Below, one piece after another: positions 27,059 to 34,144 of a stretch of 34,144 nucleotides of DNA. The notes beneath the pieces were generated by a model. The model worked only from the letters and a program-made list of their open reading frames with translations, was not told the origin of the DNA and ran no database searches. A program made the position numbers and the translations under genes. Position 1 is the first letter of the stretch, and the number at the start of each line of letters is the position of its first letter. Location: assembly GCA_002393165.1 (NCBI GenBank), contig DGIF01000029.1, positions 1-34,144 of the forward strand. Direction: 5' to 3'. Source of the DNA: Candidatus Saccharibacteria bacterium UBA3829. GTDB taxonomy: Bacteria; Patescibacteriota; Saccharimonadia; Saccharimonadales; Saccharimonadaceae.

Positions 27059-28065
27059 GGATATTACTAACTGGTGGAACCGGGTATATTGGTTCTCATA
27101 CGGCAGTTGAGCTTTTAAAGCTTGGTTATGACGTTGAGCTCATGGACAATCTTTTTAATAGCAAGATTACGGTACTTGATGATATCGAAAAGATTACCGG
27201 TGTTCGTCCAGCGTTCCATAAGATAGACTTGCTTGACAAGGTTGGGATGGACGAATTATTCAAGAATGGCCGGTATGATTTGGTGATTCATTTTGCTGGA
27301 CTAAAGGCAGTTGGCGAGTCTGTAAAGAAGCCACTTAAGTATTATGAGAACAATGTCGGTGGGACTATAAATCTGTTAGAGTCGATGAAAAAATATGGTG
27401 TTAAGAAGATTATATTTTCGTCCTCTGCGACAGTGTATGGCGAGCAGGGCGTAGCAGGATTAACGGAAGAAATGCAGACGGGCGTTGGCATCACAAATCC
27501 ATATGGTGAAACGAAGCATATTATCGAGGAAATATTGAAGGACGTGGCTGAAGCGGAGCCGGAGTTTGAGGCGACGATCTTGCGTTATTTTAACCCTGTT
27601 GGCGCACATGAATCTGGGCTATTAGGCGAAGATCCAAATGACATTCCGAATAATTTGATGCCGATTATTATGAAAGTTGCGATTGGCGAAATATCGGAGC
27701 TTTCGGTTTATGGTAACGATTATGATACGGTGGATGGTACTGGGATGAGAGATTATATTCATGTAGTCGATCTCGCTATGGGGCACGTGGCAGCGATTGA
27801 TCATATGAAGCCGGGCGTGTCGGTTTATAATTTGGGTACCGGTAGGGCCACGTCGGTGCTTGAAATGGTGGCGGCGTTCGAAAAGGAGAGCGGCAAGAAA
27901 CTTCCATATAAGATTGCGGAGAGGCGACCGGGTGACCTTGCGATAATATATGCAAATCCCGCAAAGGCATTGAACGAGCTGGGGTGGGAGACGAAGCTCA
28001 CAATTGAAGATGCAATGCGCGATACGATTAACTATTTGGATAAAAAGTTTAAGACCAGAGCTTGA
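27055..28065 (+). CDS. galE: UDP-glucose 4-epimerase
   Basis: GGTGYIGSHT, HFAGLKAVGES, YGETK and LRYFNPVGAH motifs. Confidence 0.96.
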   Translation: MRILLTGGTGYIGSHTAVELLKLGYDVELMDNLFNSKITVLDDIEKITGVRPAFHKIDLLDKVGMDELFKNGRYDLVIHFAGLKAVGESVKKPLKYYENNVGGTINLLESMKKYGVKKIIFSSSATVYGEQGVAGLTEEMQTGVGITNPYGETKHIIEEILKDVAEAEPEFEATILRYFNPVGAHESGLLGEDPNDIPNNLMPIIMKVAIGEISELSVYGNDYDTVDGTGMRDYIHVVDLAMGHVAAIDHMKPGVSVYNLGTGRATSVLEMVAAFEKESGKKLPYKIAERRPGDLAIIYANPAKALNELGWETKLTIEDAMRDTINYLDKKFKTRA

Positions 28066-28825
28066 GGTAGGCGTTGGCGACTTTGTCTGGTTTGCCGTCT
28101 TTGACGATTTTTCCGTCGTCAATAAGAATGGCGCGGGTGCAGAAGCGGCGGACATTTTCCATGGAATGGGTGACAAGGATGACAGTTTGGTGGTTGTCCT
28201 TGAGGCTTTCGAAATATTGGTTGCATTTTTGTTGGAAGGCGGCGTCGCCGACGGCGAGGACCTCGTCGAGAAGAAGAATGTTGCCGCGGGCGCGGATGGC
28301 AATGGAAAAGGCGAGGCGGACTTGCATGCCGGAAGAATAATTTTTAAGTTTTTGGTCTTGGAAATCTTCGAGCTCGGCGAATTTCCAAATATCGTCGTAC
28401 ATTTTGTCCATTTCGGCGTTAGAAAAGCCGAGCAAAGCGCCATTTAAATAAACGTTTTCGCGGCCGGTGAGTTCCGGATTGAAGCCGACGCCCAGTTCGA
28501 TGAATGGGACGAGCGTGCCGTTGATCGTAACGTTGCCCTTTTCTGGGTAATAGATGCCGGCGAGGATCTTGAGTAGAGTAGATTTGCCGGAGCCATTGCG
28601 GCCAACAATGCCGAGGAATTCGCCTTGATTTACGACAAAATCGAGGCCTTTCAAGACTTTTTGTTCGCGATAGCCTTTGATGCCGCGTAGGCGATTGAAA
28701 ATAGCTTGCTTTAAGCCGAAGGTCTGCTCGGTTGGGAGGCGGAAGCTTTTGTGGAGATTTTGCACCGTGATAGCTGGTGCGGTTGGATCAGAGATTTCAG
28801 TGCGAGTACCAATTTTGTGAGACAT
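28049..28825 (-). CDS. polysaccharide ABC exporter ATPase (Wzt/TagH-like)
   Basis: GRNGSGKST, YSSGMQVRLAF and DEVLAVGD motifs; no C-terminal carbohydrate-binding domain. Confidence 0.92.
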   Translation of the reverse strand: MSHKIGTRTEISDPTAPAITVQNLHKSFRLPTEQTFGLKQAIFNRLRGIKGYREQKVLKGLDFVVNQGEFLGIVGRNGSGKSTLLKILAGIYYPEKGNVTINGTLVPFIELGVGFNPELTGRENVYLNGALLGFSNAEMDKMYDDIWKFAELEDFQDQKLKNYSSGMQVRLAFSIAIRARGNILLLDEVLAVGDAAFQQKCNQYFESLKDNHQTVILVTHSMENVRRFCTRAILIDDGKIVKDGKPDKVANAYLKLWS

Positions 28826-29634
28826 TAGACTTCCTCCGCGAAGAATTTAGATTTGCGACGGAAAACGACGGCGCCGAAAATGAGGAAGGTAACTACGAGA
28901 AGAGGCGGGATGATGGTGACAGGTGAGGCGAGATAGTTCCAGGCAGTGATAGTCTCGGTGGTAATGAGGCCGAAACGAATATCCTGGATGGCTTGAGAAA
29001 TGGGGTTCATGAGAATGATTTTCGCGGCGATTTCGGAAGTGGAGGCGACCATAGCAATGGGGTAAATGATCGGCACGGCATAAAATAGGGCTTGGACGAG
29101 AACGTCCCAAATGGAGGTGATGTCGCGGTATTTAACATTGATGGAGCCAAGAAGGAAAGCAAGCCCGAGAGAAAGAAGATAAAGTTCGAAAATAGCTGGG
29201 ATGGCCAAAAGCCAAGTGGGGCTAGGGGTAACGCCATTGATGAGAGCAAAAATGATGATAACGAGAAGGTTGATGAGCATATTGATGACCGCGGTGAGGG
29301 TAGCGGAGACAACGACGATGTATTTAGGAAAAGAGATTTTACGGAGTAAGTCGCCGCGATTAACAATGGCCTGGATGCCTTGTGAGGTGCATTCGGTGAA
29401 GAAACTCCACATGGTGGTGCCACAGAGTAGGTAGACTGGATAGTGTGGGATGTCGCCGCCGATTTTCAGGAGTTTGGCGAAGACGACATAAAGGATGGCG
29501 AACATCATGAGCGGACGAAGTAGAGCCCAAAGATAGCCCAGTACGGAGCCTTGGTAGCGGAGCTTGAAATCGGTCTTAGTGAGCTCCTTCAGAAGAATGC
29601 GGTTTCTGCGATTTAGAACGCGGGGAATAGCCAT
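28825..29634 (-). CDS. polysaccharide ABC exporter permease (Wzm/TagG-like)
   Basis: DFKLRYQGSVLGYLW and PIIYP motifs; about 6 TM helices. Confidence 0.92.
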   Translation of the reverse strand: MAIPRVLNRRNRILLKELTKTDFKLRYQGSVLGYLWALLRPLMMFAILYVVFAKLLKIGGDIPHYPVYLLCGTTMWSFFTECTSQGIQAIVNRGDLLRKISFPKYIVVVSATLTAVINMLINLLVIIIFALINGVTPSPTWLLAIPAIFELYLLSLGLAFLLGSINVKYRDITSIWDVLVQALFYAVPIIYPIAMVASTSEIAAKIILMNPISQAIQDIRFGLITTETITAWNYLASPVTIIPPLLVVTFLIFGAVVFRRKSKFFAEEV

Positions 29635-29697
29635 AATGATATTCTAGCATATTTCATGGAAGTTGGCGAGAGGTGGGGCGTGTGATAAAATGAAGGT

Positions 29698-31083
29698 ATG
29701 AAAAAATCGGCCAAAGATGGTGGTGCGCAGAGGGGGGCGCGATCTACTAAATCACGAAAAGGTTTTGGCGGCGGGAAGAAGCTTATTAAGCAGAGGATTG
29801 GCCTCAAGAGTTTTTTGTGGCGATGTCTGATAGTGGTGGTGTATGTGGCGATATGGGCGGGACTCTTAGTGGTAGCGGTGAAGATGAAGGATGATGGATC
29901 GTTCGAGGGGGTTGATTCGGCAACGGTGAACGCGTCGACACAAGGGGTGGCCGTGATGGAGATTGAATTAAATGGCGTGACACTGGCGGAAATTCAGGAG
30001 AATCCAAAAAGCGTAAAGTATAAAAATAATATTTTGTCGCTTGATGGGGAATTATTCTACGGAGTCGAGGTGAAGGGCCGGGGGAACTTTTCGTGGATGG
30101 CGGATAAAAAATCGTACCGGATAAAATTTCCGAATAAGGTGGCGCTGCTTGGAATGCCACCGGCGAGAAAGTGGGCGCTAGTGGCAAACAGCGCGGATGA
30201 TAGTTTGATGAGAAACGATTTGGCATACTATTTAACGAGTTTAGTAGTTGGCGAATATCCTTTCCGTGGCGAATTTGTTGAGCTTAAGGTGGATGGAGCG
30301 GAACAGGGGCTTTATTATTTGATCCGAGCTATGGATATAGGAAAATACGGAGTGGCATTAAGTGATCCGATGGGCGTTTTAGTGGAGATGGATAACGTAT
30401 ATTGCGAGGAGGAAGAAGCATGGTATGAGACCTGGGATAATAACTGTTTGACATTGAAAGCGGCGCTAGTGGATGATAACGCAGATTCCGCAATGGCGGA
30501 TTTTCTAGCGGTTTTTAGTGCCCTTGAGGAAGCAGCCGAAGATGGCAAATTTGGCGAGGTGGAAAGGATAATTGATGTAGAGTCCTTTGCAAAATATTAT
30601 TTGGTCTCTGAGCTTACGGCGAATCCAGACGCATATATAACGAGCTGGTTCTTTTATAGGGATGGGTTAGATGATAAAATACATGCCGGATTAACGTGGG
30701 ATTTTGATGCGTCGTTTGGAAATTATAAGTGGGGCGGCGACATATGTAAGGAGGGTTTTTATGCGCCGACGGTGGAAACAGTGCAGATGGTTGATGGGAC
30801 GCTGAGATCGAGCGATGTAAAAGCTTCGATGATGATGTACCGACTACTTGAAAATGAAGATTTTAAAAAAATGGTTGGCCAGATTTATTATGAGAAGCTT
30901 TTTGGGAAATGGGATGAAATAAACGAATATATAGATGTACGTAAGCGGGAAATTAGTGATGCGGCCATGCGGAATGCCATTTTGTGGGGGGATGGGGATT
31001 TTGAGGTCGAGGTGGAATATGTTAGACAATGGCTGTTTGATAGAATGGAATATTTAGAACAAAAACTAGCTGGCTATTTGTAG
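29698..31083 (+). CDS. CotH-family kinase, membrane anchored
   Basis: KGRGNFSW..KKSYRIK, DDSLMRN and WDFDASFG motifs. Confidence 0.88.
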   Translation: MKKSAKDGGAQRGARSTKSRKGFGGGKKLIKQRIGLKSFLWRCLIVVVYVAIWAGLLVVAVKMKDDGSFEGVDSATVNASTQGVAVMEIELNGVTLAEIQENPKSVKYKNNILSLDGELFYGVEVKGRGNFSWMADKKSYRIKFPNKVALLGMPPARKWALVANSADDSLMRNDLAYYLTSLVVGEYPFRGEFVELKVDGAEQGLYYLIRAMDIGKYGVALSDPMGVLVEMDNVYCEEEEAWYETWDNNCLTLKAALVDDNADSAMADFLAVFSALEEAAEDGKFGEVERIIDVESFAKYYLVSELTANPDAYITSWFFYRDGLDDKIHAGLTWDFDASFGNYKWGGDICKEGFYAPTVETVQMVDGTLRSSDVKASMMMYRLLENEDFKKMVGQIYYEKLFGKWDEINEYIDVRKREISDAAMRNAILWGDGDFEVEVEYVRQWLFDRMEYLEQKLAGYL

Positions 31084-31086
31084 TTC

Positions 31087-32388
31087 TTAGTTCTTGGCAG
31101 CACGATGTTTGGCGCGGATGAATGAAATGCACCAGCGTAGTCGGACGGCGTAGAGCCAAAATCGTTCTCTTATATTAATATGGGGCCCGAGCCACTTTTT
31201 GAGATTTATATATGCGGCCTGCCAGTTTTTCCAAATGGTTGAAGATTTTCTGATGGTACTGCTTTCGGTGCCATAGTTATAGGTGTAGAGAGGCTCCAGC
31301 ACAAAGCGAATTTCCCCACCGGCTTTGTTGAGGTAGTCGAGGACATAGTTTGTGTCTTCGGAAAAATTGATGGACTCATTAAATTTTATTTTTTTTGCTA
31401 TGCTGGAACGGAAGACTTTGTCTATGACTGAGTATATTCGTCCATCGGTAGCGAGTAGATAAAGAATATAAGCTTTCTTGGATTCGTGTTTCTTTTGGGG
31501 GCGGATATATGAGATATAGATTGTTTTGCTACATTTTTGTCGCAACATTTCGTCATGACGGCCGCAAACGGCGACGGCGGTATCGTCATCTTCGTAAGGG
31601 GCGAGCAGTTTGGAAATGAAGTTTTTGTCGATTTTATCGTCGCTGTCGATGAAGCTGATGAAGTCGCCAGTGGCTAATTTTAGTCCGCGGTTTCGGGCGG
31701 CGGATTGGCCCTGATTCTTTTGGTGAATTACTTTAATGCGAGAATCTTGGCGAGCGTAGTCATCGGCGATCTGGCCAGAATTGTCGGTCGAACCGTCATC
31801 GATGAGGATAATTTCGAGGTTGCGATAAGATTGGTTGATGATGGAATCTAGGCATTTCGTTAAGTATTTGGAGGTGTTGTAAATGGGGACGATGATGGAA
31901 ACTTTTTGATCGGTGAAGGTGGTGAGCGGTGCAGGAGGAGTCTTTACGGGTTTGCCGAATACGAGCCGGTCATAGAAGAAAAAGTTGATGATTAGAGTGG
32001 CGCAAAGGGTAAAGATGAAAACCATAGTGCTTTCTATAAAGTTAAAGTCGAATGACAAGCCGAGGTTTGTAGCAAGATTAAAGATAAAAGTGTAAAATGG
32101 CGTAAAGAGTTTAAATAGCCAAGTGAAGAGTGGGACTACGACAAGGGCAGTGAAGAAATTCCAAAGGAAAAATTTGACAACACCAATTGCGTCCGGACGG
32201 TGTTCTTGCCAGGTGATGCGAGAATGCATGAAATAGGCAAGAAACGTAGTGAGAAGATAGGCGGTTAAGCTGTCGAACCAAAGAAGGTCGTTGTTGTTGA
32301 TGACGCGAGCGAGGAAGGTGTAAATTAGAAAATCGGCGAGAGTAATAACGCTACAAACGATAGCAAATTTAACGGAACGGTTTTTCAT
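31087..32388 (-). CDS. GtrA-like membrane domain fused to a GT2 glycosyltransferase
   Basis: Hydrophobic N-terminus ending in FFFYDRLVF, then SIIVPIYN, DDGSTD, ARNRG and FIDSDD. Confidence 0.85.
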   Translation of the reverse strand: MKNRSVKFAIVCSVITLADFLIYTFLARVINNNDLLWFDSLTAYLLTTFLAYFMHSRITWQEHRPDAIGVVKFFLWNFFTALVVVPLFTWLFKLFTPFYTFIFNLATNLGLSFDFNFIESTMVFIFTLCATLIINFFFYDRLVFGKPVKTPPAPLTTFTDQKVSIIVPIYNTSKYLTKCLDSIINQSYRNLEIILIDDGSTDNSGQIADDYARQDSRIKVIHQKNQGQSAARNRGLKLATGDFISFIDSDDKIDKNFISKLLAPYEDDDTAVAVCGRHDEMLRQKCSKTIYISYIRPQKKHESKKAYILYLLATDGRIYSVIDKVFRSSIAKKIKFNESINFSEDTNYVLDYLNKAGGEIRFVLEPLYTYNYGTESSTIRKSSTIWKNWQAAYINLKKWLGPHINIRERFWLYAVRLRWCISFIRAKHRAAKN

Positions 32389-32524
32389 ATTTTTTGATTA
32401 TAGCATGTTCGAGGGCGCTTATCAAACGGCTTAAGTTAATAGGGTAATTACATGGTTAGCCAGCACTGGACAAAGATTGCTTTTTGGTATATAATATTGG
32501 TTTAGTTAAAAAGAGGATATGGTC

Positions 32525-34144
32525 ATGGGCGATAAGTTTGAGCAGGAACTGGAAGGAGAGATTTTTGGCACGGACAACTACATAAGAGTAAGAGGCGCCC
32601 GACAAAACAATTTGCATGATCTAGATGTTGACATTCCGCGTGACAAGTTAGTGATTATTACTGGGCTTTCGGGAAGTGGAAAGTCGAGTCTTGCGTTTGA
32701 TACGATTTATGCAGAAGGGCAAAGACGGTATGTGGAGTCGCTTTCGTCTTATGCGCGGATGTTTCTTGGAGTGATGGATAAACCGGAGGTGGATTCGATT
32801 ACGGGGCTGAGCCCGGCGATTTCGATCGATCAGAAATCGACATCACGAAATCCACGTTCGACGGTAGCGACTGTGACTGAAGTGTATGATTACTTGCGTT
32901 TGCTTTTTGCGCGAGTGGGGGTGCCGCATTGTCCTGTTTGTCACAAACCAGTGTCTAGGCGGTCGGTAGAGGATATTGTAAATGAAGTAATGAAGCTGCC
33001 GCTCGGGAGCAAATGTATGTTGCTCGCGCCGATTGTTTCAAGTAAGAAGGGCGAGTTTTTGCATATCCCAGAACAATATGCAGCGAGAGGATTCTCAAGA
33101 GTGCGAGTTGACGGGATTATTTATGCATTAGATGAATTTCCAGAACTTAACAAAAACGAACGACATGATATTGAAATTGTGGTGGATAGATTTGTGTTAT
33201 CACCGGAGCTTTATTCTAGAATTTCTGGTTCGATTGAGCAGGCGCTCGAGCTTGGACAGGGCATTATGAAGCTAATGAAAATTACCGACACTTCGACGGC
33301 GGTGGGCGAGAGCCGGATTTCAGCAGAAAACACGGAGGTTTTGACTTACTCGCAGAGATATGCGTGTCCGGATCATCCGGAAGAGCTGATCCCGGAGTTA
33401 ACTCCGCGGTTGTTTTCGTTTAATGCGCCGGAAGGGGCGTGTCCAGAATGTACTGGCTTAGGGTCGAGAATGGTCGTTGACCCAGAATTGGTACTAAATA
33501 ATAACTTGACGATTAGTGAAGGTGGCATCCGGCCGTTTAATCGAGTGCAGCAGGATTCGTGGTGGCTGAAGCGGTTGTCCGCCGTGGGGGCTAAGCATGG
33601 GTTCAATATTTATACGCCGATTAGGGAGCTTTCGGATGAAATCAAGTATTTGATTTTGTATGGTACCGGAGACGAGAAGTATGAAATGCGAATTAGCGGG
33701 TCAGGTAGGTTTGCCGATGGCACGGTATATGAGACGGTTTATGAAGGGGTGATACCAATGCTGGAGCGACGGTATAACGATCCGAAAGTTTCAGATTTTA
33801 CGAAGCATGATATTGAAAGGTTCATGCGCGTGAAGGAGTGCCAGACTTGCCATGGGGCAAGATTGAAGCCGGCGGTGCTCGCAGTGACAGTGCACGATCT
33901 TAATATTGTCGACATGTGCAACTTAGATGTGGATGCGATGCTGGAACTCTTATCGCAGGACTTGGGATTTTCGGAGGCTGAGAATCTGATTGCGGCGCCA
34001 ATTTTGAAGGAGATTAGAGAGCGCGTGAAGTTTATGCAGGATGTGGGACTCGGGTATTTGGAGTTGGGGCGAGCAGCAAATACATTGTCTGGCGGAGAGG
34101 CGCAGAGGATACGGCTAGCAACACAGATAGGCTCAGGGCTAACC
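32525..34144 (+). CDS. uvrA: excinuclease ABC subunit A, N-terminal part (runs off the right edge)
   Basis: Not in the ORF track. GARQNNL, GLSGSGKSSLAFDTIYAEGQRRY, CxxC zinc fingers, LSGGEAQRIRLATQIGS; GAGGA RBS. Confidence 0.97.
   Translation, partial: MGDKFEQELEGEIFGTDNYIRVRGARQNNLHDLDVDIPRDKLVIITGLSGSGKSSLAFDTIYAEGQRRYVESLSSYARMFLGVMDKPEVDSITGLSPAISIDQKSTSRNPRSTVATVTEVYDYLRLLFARVGVPHCPVCHKPVSRRSVEDIVNEVMKLPLGSKCMLLAPIVSSKKGEFLHIPEQYAARGFSRVRVDGIIYALDEFPELNKNERHDIEIVVDRFVLSPELYSRISGSIEQALELGQGIMKLMKITDTSTAVGESRISAENTEVLTYSQRYACPDHPEELIPELTPRLFSFNAPEGACPECTGLGSRMVVDPELVLNNNLTISEGGIRPFNRVQQDSWWLKRLSAVGAKHGFNIYTPIRELSDEIKYLILYGTGDEKYEMRISGSGRFADGTVYETVYEGVIPMLERRYNDPKVSDFTKHDIERFMRVKECQTCHGARLKPAVLAVTVHDLNIVDMCNLDVDAMLELLSQDLGFSEAENLIAAPILKEIRERVKFMQDVGLGYLELGRAANTLSGGEAQRIRLATQIGSGLT

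Noticed and set aside
32389-32524. SOS box upstream of uvrA
   Set aside because: A promoter-like TGGACA-N17-TATAAT is present, but I found no convincing GAAC-N4-GTTC or CTGT-N8-ACAG site.

Overview
Core-genome window from a Candidatus Saccharibacteria (TM7, Patescibacteria/CPR)-like bacterium; the taxon is inferred from gene content, order and protein style. It spans the dnaA locus: recF-dnaN-[oriC with DnaA boxes and DnaA-trios]-dnaA on the minus strand, and rpmH-rnpA-yidC-jag on the plus strand. The left arm carries three tRNAs (Ser-CGA, Arg-GCG, Ser-GGA), a NUDIX hydrolase, queH, a RhuM-Fic fusion, murE plus a truncated Mur paralog, a MacB-type ABC transporter and an RlmD-type methyltransferase. 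The right arm is a cell-envelope region: LCP protein, LexA-like repressor without protease domain, LGFP-repeat secreted protein, two coiled-coil GT4 enzymes, wecB, galE, wzm/wzt, CotH kinase and a GtrA-GT2 fusion, ending in a partial uvrA. The most unusual signals are: (1) a self-contained high-GC cassette at 1960-3002 (consensus promoter, about 200 nt structured leader, secreted beta-rich protein, double terminator); (2) a CCA-ending tRNA-Ser minihelix downstream of tRNA-Ser(CGA); (3) pervasive TGnTAnnnT-N6-8-ATG leaderless starts, including a perfect mirror-image divergent pair at 10615-10656; (4) a + strand that looks G-rich on both sides of oriC. No integrase, transposase, reverse transcriptase or CRISPR array was seen. 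All calls come from reading the sequence; no database searches were run.
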